A stretch of DNA of 64,000 nt from an uncultured virus (IMG/VR IMGVR_UViG_3300011725_000001) (Duplodnaviria; Heunggongvirae; Uroviricota; Caudoviricetes), in the IMG/VR virus record IMGVR_UViG_3300011725_000001, positions 1 to 64,000 of that record; one strand, written 5' to 3'. The position numbers were made by a program, and so were the translations under genes. Below the pieces are notes generated by a model. That model did no database searches. It was not told the DNA's origin and saw only the letters and a program-made list of their open reading frames with translations. This document shows, in pieces, positions 8,211 to 17,744 of this stretch (position 1 is its first letter; every line of letters starts with the position of its first letter).

Positions 8211-8980
8211 AACAATTACTCGCCCGCACCCGCGAATGGGAAACCACGCGCACCGGCCAGATGCAGAGTACGGGCTTTACCGCTGCTGATGCCGCCATTG
8301 CAAAGGCGCTGAATGAAGTGTTCCGCGGTGCTGTCATTGTCGCACCGCGCCCGCATGAAGCGCGCTACGCCTCCTTCCTGGCGCGCAAACCGGAGGATCG
8401 GGTATTCGTCGGCAAGTTTGATGACGTGCTGGAGTTTCTGCGCGCCGTCCGCCTGGCGGGCGCCGGACGCCACAGCGTAAAGCAGGAAGATATGCCGAAC
8501 CTCAACCGCGACGCGCTGCCGGTTATCAACCTCTCCCGCGGGTTCGATATCACCTACGACAACAACGATCATGAGATTGACCGCCGCAACTACGCCAATG
8601 TGATCGTGTCTGAGCAGGATGCTAAACCGCTGGCGGAGATCGAAGCCGCGCAGGCCTCGCTGAACTACACCATCACGCTGATTGCCAGCGACAAAGATAC
8701 GCTGTCGCTGATGTGCAATACGCTGGCCGCTAACTTCCGCTCCCGCCTTTCCACCCGCTTTATTGCGCATGACAAGCTGGCTGGCTGGCCTGTTGAGCTC
8801 AACTGCAGCATTCAGGACGCAAAATCCATCATGTACAGCGATATGTCGCCGCCGTTCACTCAGGAGCGAATCTACGCCTGCCAGACCTCAATGATCGTCA
8901 TGGTGGACGTGCTGACGGCATACGAAGTCACGGCGCGCAGCGTGCGCCACGACACACAGCTTGCGCCGGCGGGGGCATAA
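8207..8980 (+). CDS. gp24-like tail terminator
   Basis: LPVINLSR motif typical of tail terminators; synteny. Confidence 0.72.
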   Translation: MKQLLARTREWETTRTGQMQSTGFTAADAAIAKALNEVFRGAVIVAPRPHEARYASFLARKPEDRVFVGKFDDVLEFLRAVRLAGAGRHSVKQEDMPNLNRDALPVINLSRGFDITYDNNDHEIDRRNYANVIVSEQDAKPLAEIEAAQASLNYTITLIASDKDTLSLMCNTLAANFRSRLSTRFIAHDKLAGWPVELNCSIQDAKSIMYSDMSPPFTQERIYACQTSMIVMVDVLTAYEVTARSVRHDTQLAPAGA

Positions 8981-8983
8981 CGG

Positions 8984-9976
8984 ATGGCAGCAGAGCAGAA
9001 GAACAAGCCCATGCAGTACTTCCTGCAGTCGGTGATCATCAATGACAAAGAACTGCCGCGCAGCTGGATAACGTCGGCGCTCTACATTGAGAAAACCGCC
9101 CTTACTGCCCCGCTGCTGGTGCTGGAGGCGCACGATCCGGAAGGCAAGCTGATGGACGAAATGGGCGCCCGCTACGGCGCAACGCTGGTGGCGGAGCTGG
9201 GCGACCCGACCGGGAAGCGCGGCGCGTACCGTGAGACGTTTTTCGTTACGTCCGCGCCGGCCAGCGGCGACGTGGTGTGCATTATCGCCGTGTCAGCCGA
9301 CCTGAAGCGTCTGAAAACGCCCTCAGCCCGCGTGCGCCTGTACGCCGATCGTCAGCCTGGCGACGTCATGAAAGAGTTCGCCGGCACACTGACGATCGAG
9401 GCTGATGCGTTCAAAAAAGCGATGACCTATCACCTGAATATGAGCGAGAAGCCGTCAGGCGTTCTGCGCCAGATGGCAGAGGATCATGGCGCGCTGGTGT
9501 GGTGCGCCCGCGGCATGTTCTGCATGAAGGAGATAGGCAAACTCATTGGCACGAAACCGGCGGTTGTCTACGAGGCCAATAACCCGAAAGCGGAATACAC
9601 GATAAGCAAGCTGAGCCATATCAACCAGGACGCCGCCGCCACCAGCAGCGCTGATTATCAGTTTGTGGGTTACTCCATGACTGACGGCTACATTGCCGTG
9701 GGCGATAAATCCAAACCGGTTAAATATATCTCTGATGCCGACGTGGCCACGCTCACCAATATGGGGCGCGTGCTTATTCCAAAGCTGGATATTGAGGTCA
9801 GCGGCAACGCGGACATTACCGCCGGCATGGTGATAGGCGTGCAGATCCACCGCTATGACCCGGAAAACCAGACTGACGAGACGCTGCCGAAAAACTTTAT
9901 CGTTACCGCGGCTATTCATCATGAGGATCGCATCGGCTACACCACGCGCATGATTTTAGGAGTACCCAACCAGTGA
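8984..9976 (+). CDS. gp6-like baseplate hub
   Basis: 330 aa, hub-type C-terminus (IEVSGNADITAGMVI...YTTRMIL), precedes the spike gene. Confidence 0.72.
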   Translation: MAAEQKNKPMQYFLQSVIINDKELPRSWITSALYIEKTALTAPLLVLEAHDPEGKLMDEMGARYGATLVAELGDPTGKRGAYRETFFVTSAPASGDVVCIIAVSADLKRLKTPSARVRLYADRQPGDVMKEFAGTLTIEADAFKKAMTYHLNMSEKPSGVLRQMAEDHGALVWCARGMFCMKEIGKLIGTKPAVVYEANNPKAEYTISKLSHINQDAAATSSADYQFVGYSMTDGYIAVGDKSKPVKYISDADVATLTNMGRVLIPKLDIEVSGNADITAGMVIGVQIHRYDPENQTDETLPKNFIVTAAIHHEDRIGYTTRMILGVPNQ

Positions 9977-10581
9977 GTAAGCAACGCGCCGTAATCACGG
10001 CCACCAAAGACCCGGCAGGACACATGCGCGCGCAGATCCGCCTGACGCCGCAATGGGCGGACGTCGAAGCGGAGACGCTGCCCTGGGCTGAATACCAGCT
10101 GCCGATAGGCAACGCGTTCGTTCCCTGCAAAACGGGGGATGAAGTGTGGGTAGAGTTCCCGTATACCGACGCGCGCGGGCGCCCGGACACGCGCCGGCCG
10201 CTTATCACCGGTGCGGCACAATCAGCGCCAGGCGGTGTGCCGAGTGTGGCACCTGAAGCCTCCGGACAGGGCAGCGCCTACGAGCCACCAGCCGTTGACG
10301 GCGCACCGGCGCGCCCTGCCCTGAGCGCAACGGATGATTTTGTCTCGCATCGTAATAATCTGCTGGAACTCCGGTCTGCTGGTGGCGGGTATGAAATTAC
10401 CAACACGGCCAGCGGTTCACGCATAGGCATGAATGAAAGCGGGCAGATATACATGCTGGGGCCAGGTGATCTGGTTATCGACGTGGGCGGTAATGTGAAG
10501 GTCAAAGCAGGCGGGAAAACCGTGTTTGATTCAGGCGATACCTTCAGCGCTAAAGCGCCTCAGTTTGAGTTCAGTCAGTGA
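9973..10581 (+). CDS. gp5-like baseplate spike (gpV/OB fold plus beta-helix)
   Basis: KDPAGHMRAQIR...LPWA...VPCKTGDEVWVEF and C-terminal beta repeats. Confidence 0.85.
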   Translation: MSKQRAVITATKDPAGHMRAQIRLTPQWADVEAETLPWAEYQLPIGNAFVPCKTGDEVWVEFPYTDARGRPDTRRPLITGAAQSAPGGVPSVAPEASGQGSAYEPPAVDGAPARPALSATDDFVSHRNNLLELRSAGGGYEITNTASGSRIGMNESGQIYMLGPGDLVIDVGGNVKVKAGGKTVFDSGDTFSAKAPQFEFSQ

Positions 10582-10593
10582 TTTTAAGTGTAA

Positions 10594-10614
10594 TTCTAAA
10601 ACATTAATTTAGAA
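10594..10614. promoter_or_regulatory. Putative repressor operator upstream of hrdC-dmt
   Basis: TTCTAAA-ACATTAA-TTTAGAA. Confidence 0.65.
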
Positions 10615-10647
10615 TGGCGGTTATTGTTATCTAAGAGACATAGCCGC

Positions 10648-11556
10648 ATGAAATCTCCCTTCTTCAAAAACATCATGGTCTACAGCCTGAGCCGGGATAT
10701 TCCGTTAGACGCGGAAGAACTGGCGCAGCAGCTGCAGACGATGGCGTTTACCCCCTGTGCCGCGCAGGACATGGCGAAATCAGGCTGGATCAACATTACC
10801 TCAGATGAATTGCTGCTGGCTGAAAACGGTCAGTACCTGCTGTGCTGTCAGACTGAAAGCAAAATCATGCCCGCCGCCACGCTTAACGAGTTTGTGGCTG
10901 ACCGCGTGGCGAAAATTGAGCAGGAAGAGGCGCGCAAGGTGCGTCGCAGCGAACGCGTTTCCCTGAAGGATGAAGCCCTTCACACGCTGCTGCCGCGCGC
11001 CTTTACCCGCCGCACGCAGGCTTATATCTGGATCGACAGCGTAAATAGCCGCATCTACGTTGACGCGGCCAGCGCCAAAGCGGCAGAGGATATGCTCGCC
11101 ATGCTGCGCAAAACTATCGGCTCGCTGCCGGTTGTGCCGTTGATGGCTGAGGAGCCTGTCGAGCTCACGCTGACTGAATGGCTGCGCTCCGGCGACCTGC
11201 CGGCGGGCTTTTTGCTGGGCGACGAGGCCGAGCTCGCGGCGATTCTGGAAGAAGGCGGCAAAATCCGCTGTAAGAAGCAGGATCTAATCAGCGATGAAGT
11301 GCGCGCGCATATTGAGGCCGGAAAGGTAGTCACGCACCTGAGTCTTGACTGGCAGGAGCGCATTTTCTGCCGTGTGGCGGACGATTTGAGCATTAAGGGC
11401 ATTAAGTATGCCGACATGCTCACTGAGCAGAACGACGATATTGACCGTGAGGATCAGCGCGCACGCATGCTGGCTGATTTTATGCTGTTCACGTCCGAGT
11501 TTTCTGCTTTCTTCTCCGGGCTGGTGGATGCGCTGGGCGGTGAGGCAAAACGATGA
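10648..11556 (+). CDS. hrdC: RdgC-family recombination-associated protein
   Basis: FFKNIMVYSL, FTPCAAQDMAKSGW, TLLPRAF and LRKTIGSLPVVP are RdgC motifs; ATG at 10648 preferred. Confidence 0.93.
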   Translation: MKSPFFKNIMVYSLSRDIPLDAEELAQQLQTMAFTPCAAQDMAKSGWINITSDELLLAENGQYLLCCQTESKIMPAATLNEFVADRVAKIEQEEARKVRRSERVSLKDEALHTLLPRAFTRRTQAYIWIDSVNSRIYVDAASAKAAEDMLAMLRKTIGSLPVVPLMAEEPVELTLTEWLRSGDLPAGFLLGDEAELAAILEEGGKIRCKKQDLISDEVRAHIEAGKVVTHLSLDWQERIFCRVADDLSIKGIKYADMLTEQNDDIDREDQRARMLADFMLFTSEFSAFFSGLVDALGGEAKR

Positions 11557-13910
11557 TCACTTACGGCTCTGTCTGTTCCGGCATTGAAGCGGCCAGCGTG
11601 GCCTGGGACGGGCTGGGATGGACAGCCGCATGGTTTGCTGAAATAGAAAAGTTTCCTGCAGCCGTGCTGGCTCACCGTTACCCGGACGTGCCGAACCTGG
11701 GCGACATGACAAAGATTGCGGCCGGCGTTCGCGCCGGTTCCATTCCGGCGCCGGCCGTCATGGTTGGCGGTACCCCTTGCCAGGCATTTTCAATCGCCGG
11801 GCTCCGTAAGAGCCTTGATGACCCGCGCGGTCAGCTCACACTTGCTTATGTAGATTTAGCAAATGCCATTGATGCAAAACGAATTGAAAACGGCGAGCAG
11901 CCTGCCGTCCACCTGTGGGAAAACGTGCCGGGAAGCCTTAGCACACCCGACAACGCCTTTGGATTCTTCCTTGCCGGAATGGCTGGCGAAAATGAAGCGT
12001 TTGAACCAGGCCCAAGACCTGAGCACGGCAAAAGCGGACCGGGCTGGCGCTGGAACAAAAGCGAGCGTAAGCATGTTCCGAAGTGGCCAAAGTCTGGTTG
12101 CGTTTATGGGCGACAGCGCAAACTCGCCTGGCGACTCCTTGATGCCCAATACTTCGGAGTGGCCCAACGCCGCCGTCGCATCTTCGTTGTCGCAAGTGCT
12201 CGAAACGATGTTGATCCCGCAGAAATACTTCTTGAGTTCGATGGCCTGCGCCGGGATTCTCCGCCGTGCCGAAATACGAGGAAGGCAGTTGCCGCCCCTA
12301 CTGCAAGTGGCGCTGGAATCAGTGGCTCTGACTTCGCACACGCCGCAGCCGGTCATTTAGTTTCTGAGTGCGATAACGGCCTTAAATCAGCAGATTGTGA
12401 CGTCAGCTATTCTCCTCCTGTTGCATTTGGTGGCGGTAACTGTTCCGGCGCGCTGGATGTGGCAGCGTGTCTGACGGCTAAAGGGCAGCGTAATGACTTT
12501 GACGTTGAGACGTTCGCAGTACAGAGCGCCACGGGCGAACTGTGCCACGCGCTTAACGCTGAATCCGGCGAAACGTGCAAGGGTGATGCAGCGCCATGTG
12601 TTGCCCGCTGTGAGGAGCACGCAGCGTTTGCTGAAAACACCCGTGGTGAAGTCCGCCTGTTCAACGGAGACGGGCAAATAACGGGCGCACTGTCGGCCGG
12701 CGGCGGAAAGCCTGGACAGGGCTACCCTTCTGTTGTCACCCGTAGCGAAGTCCGGCGCCTGACGCCCAAAGAATGTGAGCGCTTACAGGGCTTCCCGGAT
12801 GGCTGGACACTGATACCGGAGAAGAAACGCAACACGCTTGCTGCTGACGAAATGGCTTACCTGCGCCTGACGCACCCTGACATGCCTGAAGAAGAGGCGC
12901 ACCGCCTGGCGGCTGATGGTCCGCGTTATAAAGCAATTGGTAACTCTATGGCGGTACCGGTTATGCGCTGGATTGGCGATCGTATTGCTAATCAGATCAT
13001 GCTGGCGGCCAGCGTAGTAGAGACCCGGCCTGTGGACCTCCCCGCTCTGCCGGCAGCAAAGAAAAAGCGTGCGGCGGCGCGAAAGGTTGCAGAGGATAAA
13101 TACCCGCGTTCATTTCTGAAATGGGCGGGCGGCAAACATTCCGTGCTTGATGAAATACTGGCGGTAATGCCAGCCGGGAAGCGCCTGATTGAGCCGTTTG
13201 TTGGCAGCGGTACCGTATTCATCAACGCAGGCTTTAAGCGCAACCTGCTGGGGGATATCAACCCGGATCTGATTAACCTCTTCAATCAGCTGCAGGGCAA
13301 CCCGGACACCGTGATTAATACGGCTCACCAGCTGGAAAAGAGCTGTCTCACCAACGAAGCCTACGTGGCCATGCGCAATGAATTTAACGGACGCCAGGCG
13401 CACGCGGTGCGGCATGCAGCGCTGTTCCTGGCGCTGATGCGCACCTGCTTTAACGGGCTGTGCCGGTATAACCTGAAAGGCCTGTTTAACGTGGGCTGGA
13501 ACAAAAAGGCAGGAGCAAACTACTTTCCGCTGGATGAATTGCAGCACTTCGCTGGCCTGCAGAAAGAAATGACGTTCATCTGCGCCGGGTTTGAGGAGGT
13601 AATCGGCCAGGCGGGCGAAGGTGACGTGATTTTCTGCGATCCGCCTTATGAGCCGATGCCGGACGAAAACGGCTTTACTGCCTACAGCGGCAACGCCTTT
13701 ACGTTTGAGCACCAGACTCGGCTGGTGGAGTGCCTGGTGGCAGCGCGCAAGCGCGGCGCTAAGGTAGTCATTACCAACAGCAGCGCGCCGTCAGTCGTGG
13801 ATTTGTACACGCGCAACGGCTTCAGGATCATGCCGCTGGCCGCACGCCGATCCGTGTCCTGTAAGGGCGACACACGTAAAACAGCAGACGACATAATTGC
13901 CGTGCTCTGA
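11553..13910 (+). CDS. dmt: Bifunctional C5-cytosine plus Dam-like adenine DNA methyltransferase
   Basis: N-terminal half has SVCSGI, GGTPCQAFS, ENV, QRRRR and GNSM. C-terminal half has FLKWAGGK, EPFVGSG and DPPY. Confidence 0.95.
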   Translation: MITYGSVCSGIEAASVAWDGLGWTAAWFAEIEKFPAAVLAHRYPDVPNLGDMTKIAAGVRAGSIPAPAVMVGGTPCQAFSIAGLRKSLDDPRGQLTLAYVDLANAIDAKRIENGEQPAVHLWENVPGSLSTPDNAFGFFLAGMAGENEAFEPGPRPEHGKSGPGWRWNKSERKHVPKWPKSGCVYGRQRKLAWRLLDAQYFGVAQRRRRIFVVASARNDVDPAEILLEFDGLRRDSPPCRNTRKAVAAPTASGAGISGSDFAHAAAGHLVSECDNGLKSADCDVSYSPPVAFGGGNCSGALDVAACLTAKGQRNDFDVETFAVQSATGELCHALNAESGETCKGDAAPCVARCEEHAAFAENTRGEVRLFNGDGQITGALSAGGGKPGQGYPSVVTRSEVRRLTPKECERLQGFPDGWTLIPEKKRNTLAADEMAYLRLTHPDMPEEEAHRLAADGPRYKAIGNSMAVPVMRWIGDRIANQIMLAASVVETRPVDLPALPAAKKKRAAARKVAEDKYPRSFLKWAGGKHSVLDEILAVMPAGKRLIEPFVGSGTVFINAGFKRNLLGDINPDLINLFNQLQGNPDTVINTAHQLEKSCLTNEAYVAMRNEFNGRQAHAVRHAALFLALMRTCFNGLCRYNLKGLFNVGWNKKAGANYFPLDELQHFAGLQKEMTFICAGFEEVIGQAGEGDVIFCDPPYEPMPDENGFTAYSGNAFTFEHQTRLVECLVAARKRGAKVVITNSSAPSVVDLYTRNGFRIMPLAARRSVSCKGDTRKTADDIIAVL

Positions 13911-13914
13911 AACG

Positions 13915-13942
13915 AAAAACCCCGCTCTGTGCGGGGTTCTTT
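13915..13942. terminator. Bidirectional terminator
   Basis: aaaaaccccgc-tctgt-gcggggttcttt between convergent genes. Confidence 0.75.
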
Positions 13943-13956
13943 GTATTCATGGTGCA

Positions 13957-14349
13957 TCACATTGGATTGTGAGCGGGCAGAAACTCTACCGGGATGCCGC
14001 GCGGTGTGTTCTGCTGCGCCAGCGCGTCACTAAGCGTTATGCGGTCATTGGCATAATCCCGCACGCGATACCCGCTCAGCCCTGCTGACTCTGCCTCTCT
14101 GACCTTAGCGTTATAGCTGGCCTGGCTTTCAGCGCTGATGCGGGCGCTCTCTTTAAAGTAGTAATCACTCGCTTTCGTGTAATTGTCGGTGCAGGCCACC
14201 AGCACGCCCTGAGAAACCACCTCATAACGGCCCTGAAACTCTTCGCCACAGTCCAGCAGCTGCACGCCGGATTTGCCGGACGACGCCAGCACGGTTTTAT
14301 CGACAGGCAGACCACTTACCGGCACAACGTTTCCAAAAAGGTTTTTCAT
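13957..14349 (-). CDS. Hypothetical protein (130 aa)
   Basis: RBS taagga, upstream TTGCAG..TATAGT promoter and an operator-like site. Confidence 0.7.
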   Translation of the reverse strand: MKNLFGNVVPVSGLPVDKTVLASSGKSGVQLLDCGEEFQGRYEVVSQGVLVACTDNYTKASDYYFKESARISAESQASYNAKVREAESAGLSGYRVRDYANDRITLSDALAQQNTPRGIPVEFLPAHNPM

Positions 14350-14434
14350 TTAATGTTCCTTATTTTTTATGCGCAGGCACTACCTGCCCGCAGGCCAGAC
14401 TATAAGTCAAAATATACAAAAACTGCAACATGGT

Positions 14435-14455
14435 TTCTAAATAAATTAATCAGAA
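14435..14455. promoter_or_regulatory. Putative repressor operator
   Basis: TTCTAAA-TAAATTA-ATCAGAA. Confidence 0.55.
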
Positions 14456-14490
14456 ACTATGTATATAAATTCCCTTCTTGTTCTCCGCCT

Positions 14491-14513
14491 GCAAATTACA
14501 AACTGGTTAAGGT
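14491..14513 (+). promoter_or_regulatory. Putative late promoter
   Basis: GCAAATTACAAAC-N4-TAAGGT. Confidence 0.75.
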
Positions 14514-14543
14514 GCCGCTTCCTTTAATTCTATTGAGTTAATT

Positions 14544-15122
14544 ATGAGCAACCGTAAGCCCACCGCATTTGAGCTTTTCCACAACCTGAGCATGGCGCTG
14601 CGCGAAGATCCGCAGTTCCAGTATGAATATAACTACTCTCCTGAAACCCGCGTGCTGCTGGAAACGCCTTACTGGCGTCTTACCCCGTCGCAGCGCGCCA
14701 CGCGCAACATCATGATTGAGCAGATCATGGCAAACGCCACGGCAGAAGATACCCGCGTGCGCCTGATGGCCATGCGCCCGGAATCGCGCTACTTGCTGAC
14801 ACCAACCTACGTCTGCCAAGTCGCGTATGAGTTCTATCTGGAAGCGCAGGCAGAGCTGCCGGACGAGCCGGAAACTGTCGAGCTGATGCCGGTAATGTGG
14901 GCCACCATGTACGCCCTTAACCTAGCACGCGAAATGGCAACGGATAAGTGGGATGAAATGTCACCGCTTGACCAGCGCACGCAGACCAAATGGGTCAGTA
15001 ACGTGCTGTCTACCGTCAAAATGTCGCGCTATATCACCGATGCAAGCCGTGCTGTCTGGCTGGGTATGTTCATGTCGTTCAGCGATATCCCTGATGACTT
15101 CTACGAGCTGCTGGAATCCTGA
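14544..15122 (+). CDS. Hypothetical late protein (192 aa)
   Basis: First ORF after the late promoter; its stop overlaps the next start. Confidence 0.7.
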   Translation: MSNRKPTAFELFHNLSMALREDPQFQYEYNYSPETRVLLETPYWRLTPSQRATRNIMIEQIMANATAEDTRVRLMAMRPESRYLLTPTYVCQVAYEFYLEAQAELPDEPETVELMPVMWATMYALNLAREMATDKWDEMSPLDQRTQTKWVSNVLSTVKMSRYITDASRAVWLGMFMSFSDIPDDFYELLES

Positions 15123-15319
15123 TGGTCACAGCTGAGAAGCCGATCCGCAAAGGTTCCCGCGTGCGCATACGCGGCAACCTGTTTAACGGTGAAATGTGCG
15201 TAGTTGACCGGGTGGACTGGCTGGAGAACGGGCAGCGCTACGTGCTGAAACACCCGTACTACACCTGCCCGCTTAACTACACCCGCGGGGATCTGGAGCT
15301 GATACCTGATGACGAATAA
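15122..15319 (+). CDS. Small KOW/SH3-like protein
   Basis: IRKGSRVRIRGNLFNGEMCVVDRVD fits the KOW consensus. Confidence 0.6.
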   Translation: MVTAEKPIRKGSRVRIRGNLFNGEMCVVDRVDWLENGQRYVLKHPYYTCPLNYTRGDLELIPDDE

Positions 15320-15346
15320 AACGCGCTCCGGCGCCGGGGCAGTCTG

Positions 15347-15631
15347 ATGCCTGCCGCCGGCACGCTGGACTCGGTTTGTTCCGGACACGATGGCTTCCCC
15401 TCGCGTCAGACCGCTGAGGCTGACGCGGGGCTCACCATCAACGGCAAGCCCGTGCTGGTGGACGGCAAGCTGTTTCCGGATCACACCGACGGCAGCAGTA
15501 CTCACAACGGCACGGCTGTTACGGGCCGTCCGTGGTTCACCATCAACGGCAAAGGCATTGTGTGCGTCAACGATCCGGTTTCGTGCGGATCGGTGGTCGC
15601 CACGGGCGAAGCCGGATTCGAGGTTAAGTAA
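15347..15631 (+). CDS. upfC: PAAR-like spike tip protein
   Basis: MPAA..DSVCSGH, TINGKPV, H..H..C metal ligands, DPVSCGS. Confidence 0.85.
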   Translation: MPAAGTLDSVCSGHDGFPSRQTAEADAGLTINGKPVLVDGKLFPDHTDGSSTHNGTAVTGRPWFTINGKGIVCVNDPVSCGSVVATGEAGFEVK

Positions 15632-16398
15632 TGCTCGACAACGACAAACAGATCAACGCGTTCGCTGCCCTCTCCGCCTCCGGCATGGTTACGCCAGCGC
15701 CGGTCGTAGTGTGCGAGGGGGCGCAGGCGCGCGCTGAGCAGCTGGCCGCATCTGTCAGGGCGCTGCTGTTGCCGGACGTCACCTATCCGACGGACGTCTC
15801 CGGTTATACCGGGAAGCTGTCAGGCTATGCGGCGAGCCTGGACGCTGCAGCAGGCGCTGCTGCTGGATTCGTAGCAGCGGTTAAGCCCTTTAGCAGCCCG
15901 TCAGAGCTGCTGCAGCTGAAAACCGGATGGGAGTGTCACGTAAAGGGTAATCGTCTCTCTCCGGCTCCGGCGTTCGCGCTGGTGGCCGCAATGGGGGATC
16001 AAGCCATTACAGGCGCAGTGGGCGATCTGCTGCAGGCTGTATCGCTCTCCGCGCTCTCCGGGGCAATGGGGGCAATTAACGCAAAAGCAGGTGCTGCTGC
16101 AGCACCGGGCGCTACGGGAAGTGCCGCAACCGCGCCGGCGTTCACCGAAGAGGAAACAGCCGCGCTGAGCGAGGCTACCAGCGCGCTCGATGCACTGCTG
16201 TTGCCCCTTCCCGGCAGTACGTCTGCACTTGCCCGCCTGGCGGATCAGGTCAGCGCGTCCACCAGCACGGCAAAAAAAGCCATGTCGGATGCGGTGGCCA
16301 TTGCGCTTACGTCCGGCCTGAGCGGCGATCCGGTTATGGGTCAGGCCGTCAGCGCCATTATGCCCGCGGCCGTTCTGGCTGCGCTCAACGAGGAGTAA
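15631..16398 (+). CDS. upfB: UpfB-like Ala-rich virion protein
   Basis: 255 aa, syntenic upfC-upfB-ppfA-mlp block. Confidence 0.6.
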   Translation: MLDNDKQINAFAALSASGMVTPAPVVVCEGAQARAEQLAASVRALLLPDVTYPTDVSGYTGKLSGYAASLDAAAGAAAGFVAAVKPFSSPSELLQLKTGWECHVKGNRLSPAPAFALVAAMGDQAITGAVGDLLQAVSLSALSGAMGAINAKAGAAAAPGATGSAATAPAFTEEETAALSEATSALDALLLPLPGSTSALARLADQVSASTSTAKKAMSDAVAIALTSGLSGDPVMGQAVSAIMPAAVLAALNEE

Positions 16399-16400
16399 CT

Positions 16401-16925
16401 ATGTTCAGTCAAATCACCCTGACCGGCTGGCTCAAGCGTGCGGTAGCCGTGGCGCTCTGCGTCGTGCTGCTGACCGCAGGCCATAAGGGATATGTGATTG
16501 TCACGGATCACTTTGCGCACGTTGCGCAGCTGGAGGCGGCAAACAGCACGCTTACTGCGAACAACAAAACGCTGACCGGTAATAACAGCACGCTTAAAAC
16601 CTCGCTCTCTGAGCAGCAGGCGCAGCTGCAGACGCTGCAGCAGGCGCTGGAGAAACGGGAAAAAGAACGCCAGGACTACGCGCAGAAACAGGCGCAGCTT
16701 GAGCAGGATCTGCAGAGACTTAAAGAGGATAGTCAGAATGAAATTGATGAAATTAACCGGGCGATACTGCTTGCCGGCGTTAATCATACTGCTTTGCCTG
16801 CCAGCGTTATTCGCATGCTCCGGGACAAAGCCCGCGCCGTTAATTCCCGAAGTCGTGACGGTCACAAAGCTGGTGGAACTGCCGCCTCAAAAGGCGCTGG
16901 CCTACCAGCCGTGCCAGGTGGATGA
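16401..16925 (+). CDS. Inner-membrane spanin (Rz/PpfA-like)
   Basis: One N-terminal TM segment plus coiled coil; overlaps a lipoprotein gene. Confidence 0.8.
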   Translation: MFSQITLTGWLKRAVAVALCVVLLTAGHKGYVIVTDHFAHVAQLEAANSTLTANNKTLTGNNSTLKTSLSEQQAQLQTLQQALEKREKERQDYAQKQAQLEQDLQRLKEDSQNEIDEINRAILLAGVNHTALPASVIRMLRDKARAVNSRSRDGHKAGGTAASKGAGLPAVPGG

Positions 16926-17040
16926 AAACATCCCCGGATTCACCGACAGGTTACCCGCTTATGTGGCAGGAATACTGGCCTCAGTCGATGAATGCAACCG
17001 GCGAAACGGTCTGATATCAGACTATAACGCCAGTCGCTGA
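16738..17040 (+). CDS. Outer-membrane lipoprotein spanin (Rz1/Mlp-like)
   Basis: Lipobox LFAC, Pro-rich, LASVDECN motif; RBS aagagga before ATG 16738. Confidence 0.8.
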   Translation: MKLMKLTGRYCLPALIILLCLPALFACSGTKPAPLIPEVVTVTKLVELPPQKALAYQPCQVDENIPGFTDRLPAYVAGILASVDECNRRNGLISDYNASR

Positions 17041-17063
17041 AAGCAGCCCTTCGGGGCTGTTTT
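17041..17063. terminator. Terminator between convergent genes
   Basis: aagcagccc-ttcg-gggctgtttt. Confidence 0.75.
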
Positions 17064-17646
17064 ACCTAGAGAATGAATCAACTAACTTAGAGCTAAGATG
17101 CCCCACTTTATCGTTGGTTTCTTTATCCAACGTATATATCCCAAGCACATTGTACAAAGATGAACCCGATTTTCTCAGGTAAAGTATAAATCCGTGGTCT
17201 GGCTTACTTATTAAGTAGCCGGATGCAAACCATGTTAATTCGTTTTTGTAATTAAAAAATTCTGAATGAGTAAAATGGTACTCGCCGTTACCGTTAGTGT
17301 TCAAAAGGTATTCTGCGTTACTTTTTAAATCTTCCTGACTTTGACCAATTACTACACTCAATCCACCAGATATAGTTGGATCATTAAAGGTGCTGACTGG
17401 GTTTCCATTCTCATACTTTGTAGTAATGTTCCAGGAAGAATCCATATAAACTCTGTTGTGAGTAATGGGATTAGTCCAGATTGCCTGATAGTAGCTGCTA
17501 ACTTTCTGATATTGAAATGCTGCCATATCGTTTTGCGCCACCGCTGGTGTGCCAGCGAAGGCAGTTGATGCTAATGCAGCCAGTAGTATGCTTCGGCAGT
17601 AGTTACGATTGGATTTATTTTTATTCTGAGTAGAAATAATAGCCAT
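17062..17646 (-). CDS. AT-rich putative periplasmic protein (moron)
   Basis: Signal peptide RSILLAALASTAFAGTPAVA, low GC; start at MAIIST assumed. Confidence 0.65.
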   Translation of the reverse strand: MAIISTQNKNKSNRNYCRSILLAALASTAFAGTPAVAQNDMAAFQYQKVSSYYQAIWTNPITHNRVYMDSSWNITTKYENGNPVSTFNDPTISGGLSVVIGQSQEDLKSNAEYLLNTNGNGEYHFTHSEFFNYKNELTWFASGYLISKPDHGFILYLRKSGSSLYNVLGIYTLDKETNDKVGHLSSKLVDSFSR

Positions 17647-17744
17647 GTGTGTTCCTTGCAAGGCGCAAATCGCGCGCAAAAAAAGCCGCTGACATAGCGG
17701 CTTATGATTTATTAATGTATGGCTATTTTATTTTATTCAGACTT

